DNA of 64,000 nucleotides from the human T2T-CHM13v2.0 reference genome, Homo sapiens. A program made the position numbers and the translations under genes. The notes beneath the pieces are model-generated. The model was not told the origin of the DNA and did not search any database. It was given only the letters and a program-made list of their open reading frames with translations. The DNA is taken from the NCBI RefSeq assembly GCF_009914755.1, contig NC_060929.1. One strand, written 5' to 3'. Shown one piece after another: positions 11,011 to 29,960 of this stretch. How positions within the stretch are numbered: position 1 is the first letter of the stretch; every line of letters starts with the position of its first letter.

Positions 11011-14000
11011 GGTCTCAAACTACTGCATATGAGGACAATGTCTCTTCTGCTGTATGAGAGGCTAAGTTCATGGGCCACACATTATGTAATTATGGGAATG
11101 AACAAAGCAAAGAACGACAGTGGCCTGGGTCAATTATCTCTGGTGCTAAGAACATCCGTTTCAAAAGCCTGCAGAAAAATTGTATCATTTCTCCATGGAG
11201 GGAGAGAAGTTGCTTCTCCATGTTCACTCATTGAGGATAACAGGACAAGGGCAGCCTTAGAAACCCTTGGGCTGCCAGGGCTGGTGTCCTGGGCTGATGA
11301 CGGCCTGGCAGCTGGCACCCCACACTGCACACGCCTGGGGCTCTGAAGGGTGTCTGAGGGGTCCCCTAAGGCTGCTGGACATCTCTTCTGGAACCCAGAA
11401 CTGGCCTTCTCTTCTCATAGGACACCCAGCCCTCCAGACGAGAGACACATGCACAAGTCAGCAACTGCCTTCGCTCGGAAACCAGGTTTCAATACATAGC
11501 TGCACTGAGAAAATACACTTCAAGATATGGGGAACAAAACAAAACAACAGCAAAAAGGCTTGACGCATTGTTGCTACGAATATTGTTTCTTTGTGTTATT
11601 AGAACACTTTTAAAAATAATGTTCAAAGACATTTAAAAAGTATTATTAATAAGTTTGATACTTGAACATTTATAGGGCTGAGTACAATTTTGTAACTCAT
11701 TGACTTAAGGACAGATATGATTCTGCCCTATCTCCCTATGATAGAAACAAAATATGGTGCTAATAATAAATTGCACATGAAATCCCACACAGCTCAAATA
11801 GGCAACTTGAATTTTCCTGGAGTTAAGAGGCCCATTACTTTACTGGGAATTAGAAGTCTCAGATTTCATACTAAACTTTTCTTTGTAGAGGGATGTAAAC
11901 CAGTCTCTGACATGTGAACAGTGTTATCTTTAAAATAATCATCATAATAATTCAGTACTAAAGAAACCCATACATTTTTCAAATGAAATTACTTTTCTTA
12001 TTGTTCATTCTAAGGTTCATCCCACGTCTTTTGGGAGGAGCTGTAGGTTGTTTGGTCATGTTGTTTTCAGTGTAAATAAGCAAAGCTGGGGCATAGGTAG
12101 TGATCTCCCCATAACAGCTCATGGTTCCTGAGTGACTTGAACAACTGACAGCCTGGTCAGGGTCCCTGTTAGGAAGGAGGCCCTGGCACCTCCTGCTTCA
12201 GCCAAGAGACCTGGTGTTTCTGTCTTGGTTTGTCTCTCTTGTGAGTCATGTCTCCTGATACGGTGTAGACGGTGAGCCTCCCAACTCTGTGTTCAAGTGG
12301 ACACTCCTTCTGTGGCATAGAAAAATACAAGCAGGGAATAGAAAAGCGAATATCCTATTCTTTCTCTTAAGATAGACGTTAGCATGATAAACTAACTGTA
12401 AAAATCATATGAATACTAAGGAACACAGCTCCTAAACCCAAACATGCAATGCCCTTTTTCAGCAATTATATCCAATTCCCCGTGTCATAAAAATGCCCAA
12501 GAAAGAGAAATGGAAGTGCTCAATTATGTCATTAGCATTTAATTCCTAATCAAACTTCTAGGGAGAAGGATTGGTGGTTTAAAATACAAACATCTCAAGC
12601 CAGAATTTAATAAACTGTGAGTTATGTCTTGATATCAAAAACACACAGACACAGATCCACACAGAAGTTATTGCCGTGTGAGTCACATTATTAAAACATC
12701 ACCACCTCCCCTTGTTTTCAGTGTGAAGATGATCATTTTCCCCATCTATCCACCTTTCAAGTCAGAGGTGAATCCACGACCGCACACTCATCATCATTAT
12801 ATCTTCCTCACTCCCTCCCCTCCTTGATTCCGTGCTCATTTCATCCAGCCTCTGTGGATTTCTCTCTCCGCATAATCAAACTGCTGTATCAAACACAGAG
12901 GAAGTCTATAGTGGGCAGAATATATCAATTAAAAAGTGCAAGTTAGAAAAAAAAAAAGAAAAGGCTTTCATGTGCCCACATGTCCCTGAGCTGGATTAGC
13001 GTGGCTGGGAGCAGGTTGGGTATCAGCGCATCGCCCGGGGAAAGTTCGTAGGCAACATTCATTTGCACAACGAGCGCACTTTGAAAGACTCCAGCGCAGG
13101 CCTGTGTTCCTGGCCGCAACAAAACACCTGCTTGAAGCGGAGACAAAATGCCAAGCTGGAGAGAGTTCAAAAGAACAGGGTGACAATCACACAGTGTTGA
13201 ACAACAGCAACGGCAACCCATCACTACAGCCTTTTGTCCGTGGCTGCTTGATTGGGAAAGGCCCTGGCTCGGCACGGCTCGGTGACGTTTCTAGCAGTGC
13301 ATTGACCTTTTCTGTTGAATCAAGACCAAATCATGATGGGTTGAAAAGACGTGTCAGGTCCAATTCAGACATACTGAACCACACATTCAGAGCCAGAAAA
13401 CATAAAGAGTTCCATTGCCCGGGGACAATCCAATTGACCTATTTTTTGTGGCTTTTCTTTGCTTCTGCCCATGCCTGGAGGCACCTAGACAGCCCTTATA
13501 GTAAGTACCAGGGTTCCTGAAAGAGTGGAATACCTCCAGGGGCCAGCCCAGGGTAATTCTGGGCAGCATCATGGAGAAGTAGGTCTTTTGCAAAATGTCT
13601 CTTGAAGGGCCAGAAGTAAAACTTACCTAAGTCTTTATAGTATAGCCATACTCAGAATTGCCTGGGAGATCTGTGATATCTATAAGTCAGATGTACCAAT
13701 GCTCAAAAAAGCCATAGACACACACCCTGCGATAAAAGTGGAAGCTCTATTTAATTTCCGATTTAAAATGTGGGCAGGAGATATCAGGAAGCAAATGAAA
13801 GATGATGAGGTGGGAGATGGCCCTGAAAGGCAGAAATGAAAGGGAAGGTCCCAGAAGGGAGGCTCAGTTCCAGGACCTTGCAAGGAGCAAGCCTCTGCTT
13901 GTTCATAACTCAAGAAATCAAGTTACTTTTTCTTCAGAATTAAATTTAAAAAATCTCACTCAATGAACAGGCATGTTCCCTTCTCCAAGATCATGAGAAG

Positions 14001-15619
14001 TCATATATACCATGTTCCTTTCTTTGCTGTTATTGCCAAAAGATACAGAATTAGGTGAGTGTAATTTCATGAATATAAAGGTATCAGGACATAGTATATT
14101 CTTAATTCCTTAACAAAGAATTCAAATATCAAGCACCCCTCCCACCCTCCCACCTTTATTAAACATTAATGCATTTTGTATGTTTCTCATATATTGTACT
14201 CAAATAAAATTTAAGTTCCTCGTTAGCCCCTTTCTAAGAAATCCAGTAATACTATGTTCCTGTTTTTGCAGAACAAAGGCACTGACAAAGTCTGTGGGAG
14301 GCAGACCGTTCTCCACATTGTGTCCGAGCAGGTGGCGTGCCCATGGCCTTAGAAGGAGCTGCGTTGTGCAGTGAGGCTGCGGTCCTCATGCCACTCTGTA
14401 TCCACCAGCAGCCCAGGGAACTCAGGCAAGTCCCCCGACATCATGACCTGCCTGTGTCCTCATCCAGATTGGACGAGAAGTTCAGGATAAATCCTCCCTT
14501 CCTGCTCTTTTCACCTTGGACATAATTCATAATTTAAGAACATTTGAGTGAAGGAGAAGAGAGAAAATGAAAATCAGAAGGCTTAATGGCTAAAAAATTA
14601 TGTCAAGATTCTTATTTGGGAAACGCACTCAATGTGATGGCATATGCTGTAAAGCAAAAGTGGGCATCTTTTCTGGCAGGCTCACCCGCCGGTCGGGGCT
14701 GGCAGATGAAGCCCATGTGCCTGAAGACACCAGGATTTTCCAGGAATTAGAACCCTCCCTCCTCCACTGCTTGGTCTTGGCCTGTCATCTGAACATCATG
14801 TCTTTGCTTAAAATTCTGACAGCTCTCAAAATGCAAATATCCCTGGGGTAACTTTGTGGCATCTGAGAAAAATGAGCAATCTATTAAGCTTACTGCAGAC
14901 CAGCTTGAAGGTGAGAGAAGAGGTGGAAGGTGGGCAGAAGGGTCTGTCTCCTGAGAAAGGAGGGGTAAGAGGGCTGAGATTGGGAGATGCAGAGGAACAC
15001 GTCTCCTCTCATCCACCCGCTGCAATGCTTTGCACAGGGGGACCTCTACTCACTGCTGCAGGTCTTAGTTCTCTAAGCCAAGGGGTATTATTCATCAATT
15101 TTAAAATAAATTAGTTTTTTTTCCTCAGCAAATGTGTCATCCTTGCATGCCTAAACACTTTTTTTTTCAATTCATTTGGCAACAAATGATGGCCTACTAA
15201 GCCAATTTGTTCCTCTCACTTAAAAATAAATTCTGGATTCAGATCATTAGAGCTTCTCTTGGGAGAATATGATAATAGAGGTTTCCATTATTGGAAAGAA
15301 ATTCTCTCCCACTATAATATCAAGGCATAAATTGTGGGAAGTGCCCTTTTATTTTCAGACTGGATGCCTTGTAATTTATATTTATATTTTTCTGTGCAAT
15401 CTTTTTTTAAAGAAGTGATAAAACAAGGACTTCTGTATCCATATTTTTATTTCCTTTGTATGAAGGACCATGGCATGCAAAATGCAAATGCGAAGAAGAG
15501 AATAAAGTTATTATCTTGACTGATATCATCTATCTACCAGTCAAGATCATCATTCGATTCTCTTCTTTTATCAAGATTAAGTATCAAGATTATTTAATCC
15601 TGTCCATTCAAAATTAATA

Positions 15620-22140
<6,521 letters not shown>

Positions 22141-22152
22141 CAACTTAGAGAT

Positions 22153-22451
<299 letters not shown>

Positions 22452-22779
22452 CAACTTAGAGATTTTTATAAAATAAAAGTATATTCTTCCTTAGAGCTTT
22501 TTGAGAAGGGGGACTTAATTTTATTTATTAAGATATATACATAAACATTATGTGTATATATAAATGTATATATTTACCTGTATACATATAAATATGTACA
22601 TTTATACATAATATACATATATATTTTGAAAACCTTATTTTTTTACTTAAAGAGTTTTGTCTTAGAATTTCCAATTACTGCATAGCCACATTGACACATG
22701 AAGCTCTATATAGGTAATTTAGCTAATAGGTAATTTAGCTAAGAATTAAGCAGGAGATGATCTTGCCCAGGCTCAGTCC

Positions 22780-22801
22780 TCTTTCTCTCTCTTTCAATCT
22801 T

Positions 22802-22863
<62 letters not shown>
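22780..22863. repeat. Compound (TC)n(TG)n microsatellite
   Basis: Directly visible. Confidence 0.95.
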
Positions 22864-22865
<2 letters not shown>

Positions 22866-23387
22866 GGTCAGGGTTCTTTAAAGGGACAGAACTAATAGGA
22901 TAGATGAATATATGAAGAGGAGCTTATTAGGAGAATTGACTCACATAGTCACAAGGTGAAGTCTCACAATAGGTTGTCTGCAAGCTGAGGAGGCAGGAAG
23001 CCAGTCTGAGTCCCAAAACCTCAAAAGTAGGAAAGCCGATAGTGTAGCCTTCAGTCTGTGACCAAAGGCTCAAGAGCCCCTGGCAAATCACTGGTGTTAG
23101 TCCAAGTGTCCACAAGCTGAAGAACTTGGAGTCTGATGTTCGAGGGGAGGAAGCTTCCAGCATGGGAGAAAGATAAAGGCTGGAAGACTCAGCAAGTCAG
23201 CTCATTCCACCTTCTTCCACCTGCTTTATTCCACTCATGCTGGCAGCTGATTAGATGGTGCCCACCCAGATTGAAGGTGCCTCTGCCTTTCCCAGTCCAC
23301 TGACTCAAATGTTAATCTCCTTTGGCAGCCACCAGGCACAATGCTTTGGATTCTTCAATCCAATCAAATTGACAATAAGAACTGTCA

Positions 23388-23388
<1 letters not shown>
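22860..23388 (-). mobile_element. MLT2A2-type solo LTR (ERVL)
   Basis: GTCAGGGTTCT..AGGGACAGAACTAATAGG start, the longer AAAAGTAGGAAAGCCGATAGTGTAGCCTTCAG segment absent from the other MLT2A copies here, CCAGTCCACTGACTCAAATGTTAATCTCC, TTCAATCCAATCAAATTGACA end. Confidence 0.9.
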
Positions 23389-23389
<1 letters not shown>

Positions 23390-23432
<43 letters not shown>

Positions 23433-23437
23433 TGTGT
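23390..23437. repeat. (TG)n microsatellite
   Basis: Directly visible. Confidence 0.95.
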
Positions 23438-24074
23438 TTAATATCTCAGTTATGTCTAAGCCCCAGACAACAGGTTTCATGGACAGTGATAACCATATGC
23501 TCTTTGAAAAATATAACTATCCCAAATATTTTTTCAAGAAAGTTCTTGATGTGATGGATAGAAGATGTGACTAGAAATATGTAAAAGTGGGTTCATATTT
23601 CAGAGCAGTGACATATTAGCTATATAAAAGCATGCAATTATATCACATTTCCTACACCACTGTCCTCATCTACAAAATGATAGCATTAAACTAGATAGCC
23701 GCTCACATTGGAGGATATAGAAAGACAAATGATTTCATTCTATGCAAGACATTTAAGAAATACCTTGTGAAATAAAATTGCATTAGCCAGCTAGTCTCCT
23801 GGAAAGTTCTGAACAGGTAGTAGTTGAGACCAGTGACTTCACTCAGCCCGATAGATCTTCCTGCTCCAACTAGAATGGGGAGGAAGATAAGAGCCACCTG
23901 GAAGCCAAGAAAGGAAGAATCACCAAACACCATTTCCCCTGCTAAAACTAACTGTAGATGGGGAAAATGCAGAACGAGGCCTGCCATGTCCAGACAAGGA
24001 AAGAACAAAAACTGTGAAGATTTTAGCTTAAAGTAATGAGATATGTCCCAACTATTAGAGGGGCAGAGCTACTA

Positions 24075-24395
<321 letters not shown>

Positions 24396-24608
24396 AAAAG
24401 AAGTAAATGGTTGCTAAAACTTTGGAATAACATAAGCCTAGATTCAAAAACTTGGACGGAATTTATTAACCTATGTCTCATTTTTTAAAGTCGAGATGAC
24501 ATTATCTTCTTTGAAGAGTTTTCATATTAATTAAAATAATAAATACATAAAACATCATCCAGTACAATATATGATCTTAATGAATGGTCGTTATGGCAAT
24601 GGTGATAG

Positions 24609-25062
24609 TGTACCAGTTAGCTAGGGTGTCATAAATATCCACAAACTTGGGAACTGCAAACAATAACTCTTTATTACTGCTCAGCAGCCTATGAGCCAGC
24701 TGGGCTCACTTATGTGATCAGCTATGGGTTGGCTGGGGATAGGCCCATGAGGAGTGGTCTCATCTCAGAGGGCTGAGATAATGGTCCTTATCTCCAGCGT
24801 GTTAGTCTAGGCTTGCCCTTTTATCAGTGCTATCAGGGGTCCAAGAAAAAAAAAAAGAGAAAATATCCACAGCTGTCCAGAAAATGTCCACCACAACATC
24901 AAATCTACCGCAACCTATTGGCCACAACGGGTCATGAGGTCAGCTTGAATCAAAGGGAAGGAAATGAATGTGCCTTCTAATGGCAGAGCAGCAGAGGCTC
25001 ATGGCACAGGCCATGGGTACAGAGGGAGTGATAAGGACCCATTCTGACATCAATATACCCCA
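24609..25062. mobile_element. Old MaLR LTR (MLT1 family)
   Basis: TGTACCAGTTAGCTA..CATAAATATCCACAAACTT start; CCTATTGGCCACAACGGGTCATGAGGTCAGCTTGAATCAAAGG and CCTTCTAATGGCAGAGCAGCA motifs typical of MLT1G-J. Confidence 0.6.
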
Positions 25063-25440
25063 GTGAATGATGACAGTGCTCAAAGTTTCTGAAATACCCC
25101 TTGTGAAAGAGCCAGGGGAGGAAGCATGAGTGGTGAGCAAATACCTCTGGCTGGTGTGTAGGAAGAGTGTGGTTCTCAAGTTTTAAATGTGCAGCTTGTT
25201 CTATGCTTCAGAATTGTGTCCATCATTTATCTTCAGATATGACCTGGATATGCTATTACACCATAATGGAAATGTAACCTGTCACTGATGTTAAACAGCA
25301 GTGACTGCAGTACAAACGTTTATGATATTGAAAACCATGTCAGACAAAACGGGAATCTTCCTGTAAAAAAAAAAAAAAAAAAAAACACCGCACTATCATA
25401 AACCACACATGCCGATATGCTGACTTACTGACTTACTTCT

Positions 25441-25726
25441 TCTTCTTTTTTTTTTTTTTGAAACAGTTTCACTTTGTCACCCAGGCTGGAGTGCAGTGGC
25501 CCCATCCTGGCACACTGCCATCTCCGCCTCCTTGGTTCAAGCGATTCTCCCGCCTCAGCCTCCTGAGTAGTTGGGATTACAGGTGTGCACCACCACACCG
25601 AGATATTTTTTGTATTTTTAGTAGAGACACGGTTTCACCACGTTGGCCAAGCTGGTCTTGTACGCCTGACCTCAGATGATCTGCCCACCTCGGCCTCCCA
25701 AAGTGCTGGGATTACAGTGCTGAGTC
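25441..25726 (-). mobile_element. AluS (Sq/Sx-like), slightly shortened at 5' end
   Basis: Alu dimer after poly-T; flanking repeat CTGACTTACTTCTT / CTGATTTACTTCTT. Confidence 0.94.
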
Positions 25727-26198
25727 CTGATTTACTTCTTAAAAATATCATGTTATTACTTTCTGCTATTCAGGGTGACTATTAGGAGAGGAAAAATCTA
25801 AAAAGTACACAACAGTATTCACCATGGCTTAGTTCTGAGCGGTAGTGTTTTTTTAGATAATATAGATTTTTCATAAATGTACTGCATTTTCTAGTTTCAT
25901 AAAAGATCAAATAATTATTGGAAACAACACCAAAATAAATATTGATAAAAAGGCAAAAGAGGAATCCACAGAATCCCTTCTCCTACATGTGCCATGGTGG
26001 AGATGTAAGGTGCGTGGGCACAGCGTGAAGCAACCATGTGGATGGCGTGGCTGCTGCCAGGCCCAGGGCGGCCGTCCTCACATGAGCTCTGCCCTGGGCA
26101 TCTGGAATTGCTCTTAATACTTTTCCCTTGAGTCTGGCATGGAACTATTTCCATCATATATTTTTTAAGTGGACACTGCTTTGTTTTCCAGGTCCTTA

Positions 26199-26567
<369 letters not shown>

Positions 26568-28560
26568 GTGGAAACAATATTTTGAAGAGGTTTTAGAGAT
26601 CGGATTCTGAAACTTCAAAACTTGCAGACAATGGAGCCTACACATATGTGTCGAATAGCTTCAGAAATAATTTTGCTCTCTTGTCAGTGCTGAGTGACAG
26701 CTCTAATAAATTCCTACATTTTAAGCAGACTTACATTTCACATGCACTTGCTCTCCTCTCTCGAGCAGAGTGGAACATCTATTGTCAAATGCATAATATA
26801 GCATTAGAAATGCAAACTTGCTGTAGCCAATGGTAATGTGTTATTTAAAACTTATGAACCCAAATGAGGGCTTATTTTCTCCAAATTGAAATTTATAGTT
26901 TCATTTTAGGGTGCTAACTTGAATATTGATGGGGCTTAGGCATGCTGTTATAAAATGGCAATGAGAAACAGAGCAAGTAAGTGCCAGACACAGAGGAGCG
27001 ATTATAGCAATGCATGGATCGTATGTAAAAATTGAGTTCCCTTACCCTACTGTGGCTAAAAATGTAGGGAGGCTTTTGTGCAGGTAGGGGTGGTATGCAG
27101 CTCTCAGTCTGTTAGTATTCTATTGGCTTTCACACCATGTGAGTTTAGTGCAAAATTAAAAAAAAGAAAAACACAAAAAGAGTAAAACAGAAATGACTGG
27201 TTCTTCATATCTTCCAGAAGAGGAATCTTTGAGATCCCATCACCCCTCTGTTAGATGAGCCTGTGATTAATAGCTTTGTCTATCACCTTGGCAAAATTGT
27301 TACAATATTATACTTTACACAATTGAAATTCAAATCAGTTCACCTAACAAACATTAAATGTCAGGCCCTGCTAATGGGTCAGAGATTCAAATCAAACAGA
27401 ATACCTCTTTTCAAGGAGGCTGCAACGCAGGGGGAAACACTTATTTAAATACACTCTAGATGTCACGGTGTAGCACATATGACATTTTTTCATATACAAC
27501 AATATAAATAAAATAATATAAATAAAGACAAAATGCATAATAAAAAATGAAAATGAAAAATAAATTAAAAAGAAAAATTAAACAAAATAAAACTACATAA
27601 TGATTGCAATCTGAAAAGCCAGAACAATTTAAAGGATAGTTACATTGAATTAGGTAGAATAGAATAACAATTTAGAAAATAAATCAGTGTTTTAAAAAAT
27701 CCAAACTCCTGTTCTCTACAGAAGTTTCTCCCACCCATGGGGAGTGATTCTCCAGATGTCCTTGATGGAACGAAATACCACTTGTGGGCTCTATTCTATT
27801 TCCAAGATGGTTCTGAAATGTATGGTGTCACCTGGGTCAACTACTGATAGAGTTCATGTGCTTCTCTGATTGAGTTGAATTGACCAAAACTACAGGAGAA
27901 GCTCCTTCAGCCTGGTCACAGCCTTGGCTGCAACCCCATCCTAGACAGCTCTACAGTAGAGCAGTCAGTCTCTCCCCTTAGGAAAAGTGGGCTGGCTCTT
28001 CTCACCTGGGAAGGTGCTGCCTGTTGAAGAGGTGCCTGCAATATGATTCTATGCCGGGAAAAGAGTTGCAGGATATAAATGCAAAACAGAAAATAGGAGA
28101 AGAAAGCAACCAACGTCAACATCAGCTGTGGCTCTGGGGAACGGCTTCTCTTCGTGAGAAATATACATAACTAAGCAACAACAACAATGATACAAAAAGC
28201 ATATGGAGGCAGAAGGAAAGGACAAACTCCAACCTCACTTCATTGCATGGAACAGGATTGTTTTCGGGGTCCAACACTGACACTTGGACACGTTCTGAAT
28301 TCCTGCTAGGAGAGCTGACTTGGGACTCTTATCAGGGTGATGGAAAACAATAGGAATGTAATCAGGTAATCACAATTACCAGGCCTTGTGTCCTACGGGG
28401 CCTACTTGTCTACCTGACATAATAGCAGAGATGTATTGTCTCTGTGATGTTATGCCAGAGTTATAGTAAATGCAGTTGCCACAATTAATGACTTTTACTT
28501 AAGAGTATGGCCAAATTGTCAAAAAGACAAAGAATAATTGCAATTGCTTATTACAAAAAC

Positions 28561-28593
<33 letters not shown>

Positions 28594-28645
28594 CAAAAAA
28601 AAACAAGATGCTTTACTTCCCTGGTGGGATGACACAATTGGGACC

Positions 28646-29085
28646 TGTATTCGTCAGGGTTCCCTAGAGGGACAGAACTAACAGGATAGATATACACATA
28701 GAAAGGAAAGTTTATTAAGTATTAACTTACACAGTCACAAGCTGCCACATTAGGCTGTCTGCAGGCTTGAGGAGCAAGGAGAACCAGTCTGAGTCTCAAA
28801 ACGGAAGAAATAGGAATCTGATGTTTGAGGGCAGGAAGTATCCAGCACGGGAGAAAGATGTAGGCTGGGAGGCTAGGTCCTTCTTGCCTTTTCCCATTTT
28901 TCTGCCTGCTTTATATTTGCTGGCAGCTGATTAGATGGTGCCCACCTGATTAAGGGTGGATCTGCCTTCCCCAGCCCACTGACTCAAATGTTAATCCCTT
29001 TGACGACACCCTCACAGACACACCCAGGATCAATACTTTGCATCCTTCAACCCAATCAAGTTGACACTCAGTAATAATCATCACA
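28646..29085 (-). mobile_element. 3' LTR (MLT2A1-type) of the HERV-L provirus
   Basis: TGTATTCGTCAGGG...TAATCATCACA; adjacent polypurine tract reads ACAAAGGGGTGGACT on the minus strand (29086-29100). Confidence 0.95.
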
Positions 29086-29479
29086 AGTCCACCCCTTTGT
29101 CAACTTAAACCCATACACATCTCCTGAGATCATGCATAATCTTCAGATAAAGAAAATAATAAGGTCGTAATTACACCTAACATAATACAACTATCCTTCA
29201 TACAACCAGAAATGCACCAATCCCTAAGCCAGATACTATTACATAAACTTAACAACACTTAAATGCTGATATGAAGTCAATAATAGTAATAATAATCTTA
29301 TGCCACATGATAAACGAGAAGGGAATAAAATGAAGATATTTTCTTAGCAGAAGTGTATACATGCACTAGCATGTTTTTAGCAAAAGAAAGAGGAAATGCT
29401 CATGACAATTACAGTTTTCATTTCTGCAGTTGGTCACACGATTGTAGCTGGTATTGATGACTACCTTCTTCTGCCACCC

Positions 29480-29960
29480 ATTCTGTATTCCCTTTGCCTT
29501 CAGCAGGCACCCCAGCATGTCATGGATTTTTCCTGGTGAAGTGACCCAAACCTTCAATCCTTAAGAGTCTGGGCCATTTGTAGTCCTGCCTGGATTGGGC
29601 TGTTGTAGTTTTCCACTGACCTTAATTATAGAGCATTGTAATACTAACAGACACCCTAATGGATCTCCTGTATTCATTCCATGCATCTTCTTCCTTACTT
29701 CTGTTGTGGAGTAGTAGACTGATTTCATCTTGATAGTCTGGGTCAATCACCCCAGCCAACACTGTAACTCCCTTTTTAGCCTGTTGACTTAAAGAAAGGA
29801 GGAGCCCAAAGTGTCCAGGTGGCAATCTTAACTTGCTGTTCAATGGAATCGTTGTTGTGTCTCCTGGTGGCAGCGATCCTCTGTCTGGAATTGAGACCTG
29901 TAGGCCAGCAGAACATAATGTCATGGAAATAGGAAGCAAAAATTTTGCTAGTGGATCACT
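29480..29960 (-). pseudogene. HERV-L dUTPase remnant
   Basis: ORF 29622-30104 contains LPPGDTTTIPLNSKLRLPPGHFGLL...GVTVLAGVIDPDYQDEISLLLHN; frameshifted downstream. Confidence 0.9.

Noticed and set aside
13104-13520. 138-aa ORF over the CpG-rich segment
   Set aside because: GTG start, no recognisable homology and no convincing exon structure; the segment is retained only as a regulatory candidate.
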